From Ginglymostoma cirratum (taxonomy: Eukaryota), in the NCBI GenBank assembly GCA_024137785.1, contig JAHRHZ010000063.1, positions 21,033,573 to 21,097,572 on the forward strand: DNA of 64,000 nt. Direction: 5' to 3'. Of this stretch, positions 36,459 to 50,520 are shown one piece after another (within the stretch, counting starts at the first letter, position 1; each line of letters begins with the position of its first letter). Below the pieces are notes generated by a model. That model saw only the letters and a list, made by a program, of their open reading frames with translations, was not told where the DNA came from and made no database searches. The translations under genes and the position numbers were made by a program.

Positions 36459-39400
36459 GTACATACTGGTCAACATTCATTTCCCCTGTATCCCATTCTC
36501 ATGCTTGAAACAGGCTCGGATTTTAATATTTGTAGGATACCTGGAACATGATTAATGGAATAACTCCAGTAGTGCTGTGGGACAAAATTGTCCTCAAGTG
36601 GACTAGCTGTAGCTACAAGGAAATGAGAAAGGAAATATATCATTGCAGTTCTTTCCCGAGAAGAAATGGTAGTTGCTATGCCTTATTAAATACCTGATGA
36701 AAGAGTATTCTTTCCAATTGGTAAAAAGAGATTAAGTATCAAGCATGTGATTCTCTTTACTGATTACAGACCTAGAAATTACAGCTGATTATATTAGCAA
36801 CCGAATGTTTAAGAAGCATGGAATTCCTGAGTCCTCAATATTATCACAGGTATTACTCATTTCCGAGTGGTTAATATTGTCATTGAAATAATGGAAAAAG
36901 TTTTGTAATATAAACTTATTAGGTATTCAGCTGCTACGATTGCCAACTTTAGACATTAATAATCAAGTTTGGAGAATTTTATTGCTGTTTCAGTCACCAG
37001 TGTGTGCACAGTACAACATCAACATTAAAGGATCTCCACTGGTGCTGATTCAATTCCCAAGAGACTTACTGGTAGTTTGCAAAGACTTGTAGCTAATACA
37101 ATTTACTCACTTTCAAAAGGAACCATTAACTTAGTGAGTGGAAACCCCTCATCAAATTTAATGAATATGACACATACTAGTTCAAGGTGATGGTGGGTTT
37201 TGGTACGAAACATACAGGTACACAAACAGAATCAAATTCAATCACGGCAAACTCTTTCAGAACTGAGTCAAGATACAGCACTTTCAGACTATAGAGGCTT
37301 TAGATTATTCTAAAACAAGTGCATGAATAGAATCTGAATGTAAACTTCTTCCAGTCTTGAGGATATCGGGTGGAATCATGCAGGTGTCTCAGCAATGTTG
37401 TGAGATTTGTGGCAGAACAGGGTGAGAGGCTTGCTGAGGCCAATTGTAGTGCCTCATCCCATCTTTGATGCTTTTCATAGTGAAGTGGCGAGTATTCAGC
37501 TCACTGCTTGCCTTGAAGATGCTCCATGTTGGACAACGGGCACTAATATCTTAGGGCATGTTGCATGGGCACCAGCCATATGCACCTCACATCGACATAC
37601 ACTGGCATCCAACATGTGTCATCCTCCAAAATCTCTCATGGCTCATCTCTGATCCACTTACAGGATGCTTCTGCACTCGGGTCACACTGGAAACTGTCAT
37701 TGTAGTGCTGCAGTAAGGACACTGTGCACTCAGGGACATGTACACAGCTGAAAGACTGGACCAAGCTGCATCTCCACACTCTTTCCTCACTGTCATAGCA
37801 CTCATTCACTCTTCGTCTACTGAATGCTCGCAGCATCCCAGCCTTGCCTTTTTGCACTTTATCCCATCAGACATGCAAGACTTACATTTCCTTGGTCTTG
37901 CCTTATAGTTCAGTAGACATACAAAGCCAGGAAATTTGTCATGGTTGTCAGCAGGCCTTAGTCAAGTCAAGGGGAATAGCCTTCACTCAAGGAGTCCCAG
38001 CAGACACCAGTGCAGTGCCTTGGAAATGGTCAGTCAGCACCAGGATGCTCTTCACATAAGGAGTGAGGAGCTGAACATTTGCGCAGCTCACCACCTGTCT
38101 TGAGTTTTTCTGCCTCGAAGGGGACTGTTTGCTCCAAAAATAAGAGAGGCAGATATTAAGGAAGATGATATTGGGTGGCACAGCTGTTACTTTTGGTGCA
38201 GATGGTCAGTGAGTGGGTAAGTAGCTCTGCTGGCATGCAGAGGGAGTGCTGCTGGGGTTGGGGTCAGTGGCAGTGAGTGGGGAAGATGTTGCATTTCTTG
38301 TGAACTTTTAATAATATTGACCTATAAAACAGCTAAATGAAACCACTCCACTGCCTAGCAACTTGTATGTGCAGCTAAATTAAACTTGCACCATATCCAG
38401 GGGGTGGTTTGCTGCCACTGCCCACTTTAGGTGCAGAGTTCTAGCGGGCCTACTCAGTCTCATGTAGTGGAGGAAAACCACTCTCAGGCCCAACTAAGAG
38501 GCTGTTGTATTGAACAGGAACTAGTAAGGACCTAGTTAAGGCTTACATTGATCAGATAGATACTGCCACAGAAAATGACGAGGACCTAGATGTCAGGTCA
38601 TTCTTCTCTGAAATTCAAAGCTGTTTTGTCTGTAAATGCACATGGCAACATCCTAGTGGTGATGCTTAAGGCTCTCTCAGTATTAACCCGTTCAGACCCC
38701 TACACCTGTTCAACAAATATGAATGCTTGCACCCAGGTTTACAAAGGAAACAGCTTATCCAAACTTGCTGCACTATATATCCTGATGGATAGAGCGCCAT
38801 CATGGCAGTTTACAATGCAAATGTAAAAATAATGGCAAGAATTTATGACTTCAAGATGCATGCCAAATTATGGTATGTGAACTCTGTTCTAATAACTCTT
38901 AACCTCTCATCTTCCCCACCCTCTAACCCTATTTTACCCAAATACTACATTTGATTTTGGCTCACTATTGTACGACAGATTATATTATAACACCAGCCAC
39001 TCCACCTAATTATTGTCTGCATTAATCCAGCAGTCCAGAGCTTTGATTGATATTTGTGTTTGATGAAAGACTCGTACTTATAGTTTGACATCTTTAGACT
39101 GGACTGTTCCATCACCCTCCTAAGCAACTTCTTATGTTCTGCCCTCTGAAAACTTGAAATCATCTGAACTTCGCTGCTCATGTTCTAACTCACACTGAAT
39201 ATTGTCCCATTGTTGCTCACTGTACGACTGTGGCTCCCAATCAATCACTGTGTCAGTTTTAAAATTCTCATCTTTGTCTTTAAACACTTACACGTCCTCA
39301 GTCCTCCTTATCACAGAAATTTCCTCCAATTCTTCCCCCACCTGCAGAGATACCTGCACTCATTTAATTCTGGCTTTTTGAGAATCGTCACTTTAATCTC

Positions 39401-39789
39401 ACATATTTGATGACTGAGTTTCAACTGTTCCTGAGCTCCAAGCTGAGGAATTCCCTTTGTCTCGTCTCTTCTCCTTTAAAATTCTCTTTTTATTTACCTC
39501 TTTTATTTGATTAAATAAAATATAATTTTATTTAATTTTTATTTACAATGCTTCTCTGAAGTGTCTTGGAATGTTTTCTTACATTAAAGCCATTAAAAAG
39601 AACAGCTTGTTGTGGTGGTCATGGGATTTTAACTCTATACCCATGAGCTCCTTGGTAGAGTTCCAGAATCACTAACATCCATTGCATACACTTAATCAGA
39701 ATCATATTATAAACTTGATATTTACCATGTCCATTCAGACAGTACTCAACAGATTAACAAACAGGAGTATTGGACCACAGTAGACATAC

Positions 39790-39983
39790 CAAGGTAGTAG
39801 CCAAATGTCGCTTTTTTGTATTCTTCCCAGGAAATTTTGTTGTCTTTGTTCAGGTCATAGTCCTTCCACACTTTCGCTACATTTTCATAAATATAACGTT
39901 TCTGCACTCGTATAATCCATGCCTTCAGTTCTTCAGTGGTTACAAACTGATCCTGGTTGGCGTCTATCCTTTCAACAATTTTT
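39790..39983 (-). CDS. RCN1: Reticulocalbin-1, coding exon 2 (194 nt), EF-hands 1-2
   Basis: TTTTCAG| acceptor; [23 protein letters not shown]...[22 protein letters not shown]; donor G|GTATG; phase joins exons 1 and 3. Confidence 0.97.
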
Positions 39984-40559
39984 CTGAAAAAATACACAGA
40001 AAGCTTTGCACTTTGAGTATATCCATGTCAAATGTGCAACACACACACTGACAATCAACAATTATCTCACTACAGTAATTGATAGTGATGCTTTTCTTCA
40101 GGTACTGACTCTCACGACATTTAGTCAGAGGTCAGCTTGAATCTATGTTAATCTCAGGCAGGAAGTTGTGTTCTTAAGAATAACTTCTGCTCATGACAAA
40201 TACTTTGTGAGAACTCTGAAGATTGGTACCAGGCAGCATGGTTGATGTAATTTGAGTTTAAGGGAACTTGGATATGAAGCCACCATGCCTATGATGGTGA
40301 ACAATTCAGCAGTACGCAGTCATTACTAGACAGTTACAATCTTAGACACCAAATCATCTTGGGAAATTATGTTCTGATGCTGTACTTTAAAGCAACAAGG
40401 GAAGGGAGGAGAGTCTCAGACTTTGCTTTGGTGAAAGGCATCATTAATAGCATTGACACGGTATGAAAAAATTGAAAGTGAATAGTCCAACATAAATTTT
40501 GATTACATCAAAGAATATACTCAAGGCAAATATGTTATGGTATTACAGAGACATGACAC

Positions 40560-40815
40560 CTACCCTCAGAGCATCCCACCCAGACCCATCCCCCTATAAC
40601 TCACCTAATCTACACATCCCTGAACACTGTGAGCAATTTAGCATGGCCAATCCACCCAGCCTGCACATCTTTGGACTGTGGGAGGAAACAGGAGCACCCA
40701 GAGGAAACCCATGCAGACGCGGGGAGAACATATAAACTCACACAGACGGTTGCCCAAGGGTGCAATAGAACCCGGTTCCTGGCGCTGGGAGGCAGCAGTG
40801 CTAACCACTGTGCCA
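40560..40815 (-). mobile_element. HE1/V-SINE-like tRNA-derived SINE
   Basis: Reverse complement of the family at 21305. Confidence 0.85.
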
Positions 40816-41051
40816 TATCTGAAGCTCAAGTACCACAATTCCATTCAGATTTTCAAGAAAAGTGTAAACCAGTGGCCTTGTTTATTAATTTATGGCCCTT
40901 TAATCACAGCAACTGATCGTTAGTTCTTACCTTTGGGCCGAAGGGCCTGTTTCCACACTGTAGGGATTCTATGATCTACGATCAGTGCTGAATTTCTGTT
41001 GATCATTTCAGATGGAGAAAATGATAAAAAGAAGTAGTTATACAATGATAT

Positions 41052-41570
41052 GGAGATTCCAGTATTGGACTGGGGCGGACAAGGTCAGAAGTCACATGAC
41101 ACCAAGTGATAGTCCACCAGGTTTATTTGAAATCACAAGCTTTCAGAGCACTGTTCCTTCTTCTGGTGGAGTGAAGAGAAGTACACAGGCACAGAATTTA
41201 TAGGCAGGAAGATCAAAAGATCGTACAAATGGCGTGAGTGGAGTGTCGACAGACCGAATAACAAATCTCTGCAGGTGATCAAAAATGTCAGATGGTGTGA
41301 ATGAAGTGTCACCAGCTGAATAGCAAGTGAAGGGATGACCTATGATCTGATTAATTGAGACAGAGAGATAATTGCAAATGATAAAAACAAAGTGGTGCTG
41401 GAGATTAACCAAATAGCGGGAAAAACATGATAGATATAAGAGTTGCATGCCGAAGATCTAACCAAAGTAGCAAGTAATCCAAAACTGTGCAAACTAATTA
41501 AGGTAGACAGATCATAACAAGTTACCGAGGTGAATGTGTCAAAACAGGACAGTAAGGAAGACTATCCAAT
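41052..41570 (-). mobile_element. Probable Penelope-like 3' fragment of a third family, with a degenerate hammerhead
   Basis: The minus strand at about 41134-41168 reads CAC CAGAAGA A GGAAC-AGT-GCTCT GAAA GC TT GTG. Confidence 0.5.
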
Positions 41571-43034
41571 AACAACTTGTCATCTCTACCTAAGTAAAAC
41601 TCCCCAAGGTCCTACACTAGAGCTTCAGAGATTAAAGTTGACATTTAGCCACATTGAGATTTCAGAACAGGTAACCAAAAATCTGGTCAAAGAGCTAGGT
41701 TTTAAGAAGCATTTTAACAGAGAGAAAAAACGTAGAGACGGAACTGAGTAGGGAGGGAATTCAGGGCATAAAACTTACGCAATCAAAACAATTAAAGTCA
41801 GGGATGCACAAGAATCAGAATTGTAATCGCAACCAAAAAAAAAGCTTTCATTTCAATTGCTCTTTTTGCAATCTATGGATATTTGAAAATCTGCTGCCAA
41901 TTAAGCACTTTGAAATGTTGTGTGGTGAATGGGTCCTCCAATTTTGTGCAGAGTAAACTCTGGAAAATGGCGCAGCGTTAATGACCAGGTAATGTGCTGT
42001 AGTGATTTTGGCTGTGAAATAAATCCTGGAACTGCCTCCCCAACAACATTGTGGGTTTATCTACGACACATGGACTGCAACGGTTCAAAAAGGCAGCTCA
42101 CCACCACCATCTCAAGGGCAATTAGGGATGTGTAATAAATGCTGGCTCAGCCAAAGCCCATGTCCCCTAAATTCATTAAAAACATAGGCATTGATTTCAA
42201 AAGGAAATTGGAAATTTCAGGGACACAAGTGCACAGCAGGGACGAGACTAACTAGTTTATTTTGCAGAGAGTTGGCAAGAATGCGAAGGGCAGAGGCCTC
42301 CTCTGTGCTGTAAATAACTTTCCACAATTTAAAATTCCTTTCATTTGCAGCAGTGAATAGCAGCTGTACAACAGAACAGTTTATATTTATATAACAATTT
42401 AAATTTAAAAACAGTTCACAAGGATGCTTGAAAGGAAATTAGGTGCCAAGCGATGTTTAGGACAGATAGCCATGATCTTGGAGAAAAAGGTAGGTTTTCA
42501 AGAGCACCTTAAAGGAACAGACAGAAAAGTAGAGATTTTGAAAAAGGTTCGGGAAGGAAAACACAAAATGAAGGGCAAAGGCAGATGAAATTGTTAAATA
42601 CTAGGATTGACAGGAGAGATTGAAACGATGTCAAACCTCAGCCATTCCTTTGAAGCCAAGCACATTGGATGGCGGTTTTAACCACATTGCTGGATTAGCA
42701 GTCTACGGGCTTTAGAGATATAGGTTCAAACCTCACCATTGTCACTGACAATTTGCATTTAATTAATGAAATAAATTTGGAATAACGAGCTAGTATCAGT
42801 AAAGAGGACCATAAAACTACCAGACTGAGGCAGGAGAGATGCTATCTTTATCTGATCTGGCCTATGTGGTGTGTGTCCAGCTTTACAACAAAGTGCACAG
42901 TCGCTGGAATGGCCTAACAACTTACTTAAATCTATTCAAAAAGGTGGTACACAACTGTTTTCACCAGAGCAATTCAGAATAGGCAATAAGTGCAGCTCTG
43001 CCAACGAGATTCAGGTCCCCTGATTTTTTTTTTC

Positions 43035-43370
43035 TTTTATTCATACCTGGGATGAGGGCATTGCCACCAAGCCAGCATTTATTGTCCATTCATAGTTAAC
43101 CACACTGCCCTGGGTCTGGAGTCACATGTAGACCAGACCAGGTAAGACTGGCAGCTTCCTTCCTGAAAGGACATTAGTGAACCAGATGGGTTTTTTCAAC
43201 ATTTGGCAATAGTTTCATGGTCATTGTTAGACTCATAATTCCAATGTTTTAAATAGAATTCAAATGCCACCATCTGCTATGACAGGATTCAAACCTGGGT
43301 CTCCTGAACTTTATCTAGGGCTCTTGAATAATAATCCAGCGATAATACCATTATGCCATTGCCTCCCCAA
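43035..43370 (-). mobile_element. SINE-like repeat (DeuSINE/SacSINE-like, tentative); related copies at about 25300-25550 (-), 42665-43025 (+) and 48680-48990 (+)
   Basis: Shared core aaacccatctggttcactaatgtcctt.agg.aagga, tRNA-like head, and a tail shared with LINE 3' ends at about 42100, 59950 and 63960. Confidence 0.6.
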
Positions 43371-44429
43371 ATAGGGGAAAGAATAAAATCAGACATACCA
43401 ATGTGCTCTTTTAGTGCAGTGGTAGTTACCCTACCTCTGAGCCAGGAGGCCTGGGTTCAGGTCTCACCTTCTCCAAAGTATATAATAACATTTCTGAATA
43501 GGTTGATTAGAAAATGTCTAAAGCTGGCCATATATAACCAATGTTGCATCTGATCCCATTGGTTTCCTCAACAAGCACGTAGTTTTAAAATTCTGCCAAT
43601 TATTTCCCTTCAGTTTTGACTTTCACCAAGATTTAAAGTGTTTCCGATCACAGAATTAAACAGACGAGTTTTGCAATTCTTGCTAATGAGACGTTTTTGA
43701 GAATATCCAAAACTATACTGAGAATGCTGGATGATATAACCTTGTTATGTTATGAACAGTCTCCCTTAATTCAAGATTAGATGGATTGTTTTGGAGAGGT
43801 GGGTGGGACTTCCTGCAGAATCTACCCAGAGACAAGCCTTTCTGACCTGGCGCCAGCGGCCCAGGTCAAAACCTGACTGACAGTAAAGTACACACAATAG
43901 TAGGATGAAGGAAGCCTTACTGCTGTCCTGAATGCATTGTCAGGCCAAGAAATTTGAAGAAAAATAGCTATAACCAGTCTTTGGCCAGGCAGAAACAAGG
44001 CTGCTTTTAGGTCAATTACCACACATTAAGGATGGAATACCTGTTCAGGCAAACAAGAATGTGAAGAGTTAAAGACTACAGAATCCCTGGAGGATCTTTG
44101 CAACAGGAGTCAATTGCTGATGCTTACAATGTTGTTTGAAGGGAACATTTTTTTTTAAAGAAAGAAGGACATTGGAATATTCACTCTTGTGAAGAATGGA
44201 GAAAAGATTATATTAAATCCAGGAGGATTTTTGGATTTTATCACAAGACTACATCTCTATAGAGCATTTGATGCAATGTTTAAAGGTGGCATTGGGTTTT
44301 CAATTGTGTTCACAAGTTAATTGGGACTAACTTTTCTGTAATTTTGTAAATTAGCTGCCTGCTAAGAAATGTTTAGTTGATTTTGATTTTAGATTGTTTG
44401 CTACAGTAAAAATCTTAACGTAAAATCCA

Positions 44430-46427
44430 AAGCTTGAGAAGATTTGTAGCTCGGGTTGTGGATAAGGTTGCAGATATGCTCACAGAGCTAGTGGGTTTGG
44501 TTGCAAACGTTTCATCACCCTGCTAGGTAACATAGTCTGTGCACCTCTAGTGAAGGGTTGGTGTTCTGTCCTGCTTGTTGTTTATGTGCATCAATTTGTT
44601 GGGGTCTTTGATACCATTTCTGGTTCTGTTTCTTGGTGATTTGTACACAGCGTCTAATTCAATGTGTTTGTTGATGGAGTTCCGGTTAAAATACCAGGCC
44701 TCCAGCAGTTCCCTGGCATGGTTCCGTTTGGCTTGTGTAATTATGGATGTGTTGTCCGTGTGTAGTGAAACAAACAAGAATTGGTTGCGTCTCTTGGTGG
44801 TTAATTGGTGTTTGTGTATCCATATTGTCAGTTTTCTTCCAGTTTTGGCCTACGTAGTGTTTCTCACAGTCCCTGCATGGTATTTTGAGTATTATACCGG
44901 TTTTGCTGGTTTTCTCGCTTCTATAGGCTCCCCAAGGTACACAAGCTGGGGTCCCCCTCAGACCCATTGTCTCACTACCCGGCACACCGACATATAGACT
45001 TGCCAAAGAACTGCAACAGAAATTGAACTACTTAGTGGACACCACCACCCACTCCATCAACTCATCCCAAGAATTCCTCAATTTCATCAGGGACATCAGG
45101 ATAGAAGAGGACACGGTGATGATATCCTTTGACATAACAGCACTATTTATATCTATCAACATAGATAGCCAAAGAGACAATTGCCACACTACTGGACGAA
45201 TCAAGGACACCAACAACAACATCAATAAGGACACCACCATGAAACTATTAGATCTGTGCCTCACAACCCACTTCACCTTTAACGACGGCATATACAAACA
45301 AATCAAAGGAATACCAATGGGATCCCCGATATCAGGAGTGATTGCAGAAGCAGTAATGCTAGAAGGGACAGCGCTCCCCACTCTGCAACCCAAACTTTGG
45401 GTCTGATATGTAGATGACACCTTCATGATTATTAAATGCACAAAACTAGAAGAAACCCATCGACACATAAACAACATCCTCACTGGGAGAATATTCACAA
45501 AAGAAGAACAGAACAGCAACTGACTACCCTTGCGGGACATAATGATAGAATGTAAGAACTACGGGGAACTCCAGATTAGTTTATATAGAAAGACCACACA
45601 TACGGACCAGAAACTCAATTACACTAGCAACCACCCCAATGCCCACAAACAGAGCTGCATCAGGACACTATTTAAATGAACCACACACATTGCAGCAACC
45701 TGGAAGTACACAAAGCAGAACAGGAGCACCTATACGGAGTCTTCAAAAGGAACGGATATCTGAAAAGCACAATCCACCATTTCCTCTGAGACAGACCACA
45801 ACGGGAAGACACAACATGACCAGACTCACTAATCACACTACTGTACATCAAGGACATTTCAGAGGTGACCACAAGACTATTCAGACCTCTAGGTATCAGG
45901 GTTTCCCACAACCAACAATCACCCCATGACAGCTACTGACGAACATAAAGAATTGCATGCCCAAAACCAGCAAAACTGGTGTAATATACAAAATACCATG
46001 CAAGGACTGTGAGAAACATTACATAGGCCAAAACTGAAAGAAAACTGACAATACAAATACACAAACACCAACTAGCCATCAAGAGACACAAACTATTCTC
46101 ACTACATTTGGACAACAAGGGACACTAATTCGATTGGGACAACACATTCATAATTGCACAAGTTAAACAGAACCATGCCAGGGAACTGCTGGAGACCTGG
46201 TATTTTAACCAGAACTCCATCAACAAACACATTGAATTAGACACTGTGTACAAACCACTGAGAAACAGTTCCGGAAGTGGTATCAAAGACCCCAACAAAC
46301 TGAGGCATATAAATAACAATTGAGGCAGAACACCAACACTTCACTGGAGGCACATTGACAATGTTACCTAGCAGGGTGACGAAACGTTTGTAACCAAACG
46401 GCTCGATGAGCATGTCTACAACCTTGT
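44430..46427 (+). mobile_element. Penelope-like element (RT plus GIY-YIG remnants) preceded by an inverted copy of its 3' end
   Basis: VMISFDITALF, YKQIKGIPMGSPISG, YVDDTF, KTGVIYKIPCKDCEKHYIGQ. 44455-44915 is inverted relative to 45965-46425. Candidate TSD gtaaaatc at 44420-44427 / 46428-46435. Confidence 0.9.
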
Positions 46428-49199
46428 GTAAAATCTAGTCATGTGATTCTTTGCATAAGTCCCTGTGACATTTCTATCTCTTTTTAAAAATTATTGGTCT
46501 CCACAGGAGTCGTAACAACTTGTCATCCCCAAATTTATCTGTCATAATAAATATGTGTACGGTCTTCTAGAAAATGTACTCATCGGAATTAAAGTATTTA
46601 TCATTGTCAAACATGTATCATTATCAAACATCAAAGAGTTTAATGCAATGTGAGGTTTTGAACTTTCCCAGTGCGCTAGCGCAGCAGAATTTTTTTAAGA
46701 AGTCAGAAATATAAATGAAATGGAACAGACTTACTTCTTTAAAATTACTTCAAAACATCATCAACAGTAACAAAGGGATTGAAAAGGGTAAACACATACA
46801 ATGGAGTTGTAGTTCCATCCACCCAGTGGTGATGGAGTGGGTATGAGTGTATAAGATGTTGAAAGGGTCACATAAATTATAGCAGACATGAGCCATTGAC
46901 TTATTTTGTATTGTCAACATTTACGATGCTAAGAAAACTTGGAAGTTAGACCAAGTCTTCAAGTGCATTGAGTTGTCAAGGAATGAAGAGAGCTTGGATA
47001 AGTCATCAAAAGGTTAGAAAATTTGTTCTATATCAAAATGCATACAAAAAAAATCAACACGTAAGTGTTAACTTATTGCACTGTATGATAGAAATGAAGT
47101 AGTTTGCATATAGTGCAAAAGAAGTTACAGAGTCAATGACATAGAACTAAGAATAGGCACTAAAGAGCTTTATATTTTGGCTAAGGACACTAAGTTGATT
47201 ACTGTAACCTAATACGTACAGCTCTAAGTCTCATTTTGCTGAATAATCAGAGAGTGCATAACACATGTGTCACAAGAATATCTTGCTATACTGGTGCCAT
47301 ACTTCTAACTGTAAGCTCATATTTCTATCTTCTTCTAATATAGATGTGGCACAGTTGAACAGCAGAGCTTAGAGAAAGTGTTCTACTTTGAAGGATGTCT
47401 CAAATTTATGTACATGAATTCAAAACCTTTGACGCTTCATCCGCATTTTGGTCTGATATTGCATCAACACTCAAGTAAACAAATTCAAAATCCTTGCTGG
47501 ACTTGACTCCAGAACAAATAGCTTGGGATCCCCATTAGACGATAGCTTCATTCCACATTAGACTCACCCAACTTTGCTCTCAACTAAAGTCTCACCCTGG
47601 CTTATAATTGTTGTGAATATAACCTAAGTCTCTGGATTTGGAGACTATTACTGAGTAGATGGCTGCAGTAAAAGCAAAGTGTATATCTTTGAGGCACCCC
47701 AAACATACGCATGCCAAGTTTTATTCTAAATCAGGCTGTGAGTTGCAAACATGCCAACATGAAGACAGGACTCACCAATTTTTCCATCCATTCTGAAAAA
47801 AAGTGTATCTGCTTATATTAGTAACATACTGCAAGGTTATGCACAATTAAGCAACTTTTTCTACAGAATATAAAACAAGCATAATGCTAATGGTTACACA
47901 ATGGAGGTCATTCAGTCCAAAATATTCATGCCAGGTCTCTACAGGAGCAAGTCAATTTGTTGTATTTTCCTACCTTTCCCGATGTACCAGATTTCTTTTT
48001 TCAGATAATTATCCAATTCCCTTCTGAAAACCACAGAGCAACCTGTCTCCATCTCACACTCAGGCAGTGCGCTCAAGAGCCTAAGCACATGTTGTGAAGA
48101 AATGTTTTTTTCTCATGTTGCCTTTTGTTCTTTTACCATTCACCTTAAGTCAGTGCCCTCTGGTTTTCAACACTGTCACCAAGGAAAGCTGGTTTCCCCT
48201 ATCTACCGTGTCCAGATTCATCAACCTTCTTGTCTCTAAGAAGAACAACTTGAGCATTTTCAATTTATTATTTAACTGAAGACCTTCGTCCTTGGAACCA
48301 TTCTCATAATTCTTTCCTGCTTCCTCTTGAATGTTTTCATATCCTTACCATTGGACACATTACTCCAACTCACACTGAATTAATATTACTTAAAGATTCA
48401 TCATAGTTTCTTTAATTTTGTACACACTGTTCCCATTAGTGTACGACCTCAAAGTGTCTTATTAACTAATTCTCAGGTTTCTAGGCATTGTTTGAGTCAA
48501 ACTCATCAAAATCTTTCCCAAGAAGTAATGATGCATCATTGCTTGTTCTGGTGATGGTCAATGAGAAGGTGACAAACTTTGAATTTGTTCTAACATACAA
48601 AATAATGCATTTTATTTTTATCTTAAAGAATATTTGCAGGATATAACAGAAGAATCAGGAGTCAGGCAGAAGGTGCAGGTAGTGTCAAAGTGGTAACATC
48701 ACTGGTCCTGTAATCCAGCACTGACCAGTGGGCACTGGTTCAAATCTGACTTGAATACATCAAAATCTGGAATGTAAAGCTAACGTAATGGCAATCATAT
48801 AACCACCATCAATTATCATAAGAATCCATCTGGCTCATTAATATTCTATAAGGATGGACATCTGCCATCTTTGCCCAGCTTCACTTAGTGTGACTGCAAA
48901 CCCACAACAATGTGGTGGACTCTTAACTGCCTTCTGGGCAGTAATGCAGGCCTAACCAATAGCATCAACATTCCATGAACAAATAATTTTTAAAAATTGC
49001 AAGATCTACATCTAGCCTCACTGGATCATCAAGAGTGAGAAATATTGGAAAATCCAGTGTCTCAAAATGAATTTCCATTAAGGAGTATGTCTGGCTCTCC
49101 GCTATTCATTGTGCCCAGTTGATCCAAACACAAAGTCAGTGAAACTTCCTTCTTAATTCACTTACGGTGAAAAAGTACCTTGAACATGATTACACAACA

Positions 49200-50520
49200 T
49201 CACAGCTCTCATCTTGAAGGAGGAGAGCATAACAGGGAATCTCCAAAACACCATAATCCTCAAGAAAGGAGATACAGCCAACTGTGGTAACTACATCCCT
49301 GCTGTCAACCACAGGGAAGGTCCTTGCAAGAACTCTCCTCAATTACCTCCTTTCAGTGAATGAACGCATCCTCGTAAAACTACAGTGCAGATTCCACCCA
49401 AACAGGCACCGTGGCCATGATCTTCACAGCAAGACACATCCAAGAAAACTGCAGACAGCAGTAGCAACCTCTACATATTGCCTTCTTTGACCTCATAAAG
49501 GCCTTTGGGCGGCACGGTGGCTCAATGATTAGCACTGCTGCCTCACAATGCCATGGACCCAGGTTCACTTCCACCCTTGGGAAACCATCTGCAGGGAGTT
49601 TGCACATTCTTCCTGTGCGTCAGTTTCCTCCAGGTGCTCCAACTTCCTCCCACAGTCCAAAATTGTGCAGATTAGGCAGGCTGGACATGCGAAATGTAGG
49701 GTTACAGGGTAGGGTGCTGGGTCTGGGTGGGATGCTCATTGGAGGGTCAGTAAGGACTACATGGGGCGATTAGCCTGCTCCCACACCGTAGGGATTGTAT
49801 GGTTCGGCTCTGTCAACCAAAAGGGCTGCTGAAGCGCCTGCTCAAATTTTAGTGACTGCCAGTTATTGTCACCATCCTGTCTGCTGTACAATGGAATGCA
49901 AGCTGTCCTCCTCACTAATCGATCCACCACAGACCCAATACTTGCACAAACTGGGGCTATCAAAGCAACACTCTTCTTCATCTCTTTAGATGCAACACTT
50001 GCTGATGTGGAGTTAATCTACAGGGTGAGTGGGAAACTGTTCAACCTGCATCATCCCAGTGTTACCAACCTTCCTGTATGTGGAAAGACAAGGGCAATGA
50101 TACTTCAAATTCCTTGAAAACTATCACCAGTAATGCTTGCATAAAGTTATGCAAGTCCATTGGCAGAATAAGCACTCTAATATCATTATCTTTTCTTAGG
50201 CCAACATTCTCAGCAACAAGGTGCTGCTTAAAGTCAATGAGCTATGCAGACAGGCTATGTCAACCATGTGCCTGATACAAGACTTCCAAAGTTAGCTCTC
50301 TACACAGATGAGGGCAAAGGAAACACTTCAAAAAAAGTCTTCAAAGCCTCCTTGAAAAAATGCAATATCCCCAACAGCTCATGGGAACCTCTAGGCTAAA
50401 ACCACCCAAATTGGAAAAGAAACATCTTCGACAAGCTCAGAAGAAGGTCAAGCACAAACAGAAGAAGAATGCAAAAACCCAAATGTCCCACCTCCCCACT
50501 TCAACAAACATTACTGTCCT
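49200..50520 (+). mobile_element. RTE-clade LINE remnant with a nested HE1-like SINE (49507-49805)
   Basis: SLLSTTGKVLARTLLNYLL, QCRFHPNR, IAFFDLIKAF. The SINE inserts directly after KAF. Confidence 0.8.
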
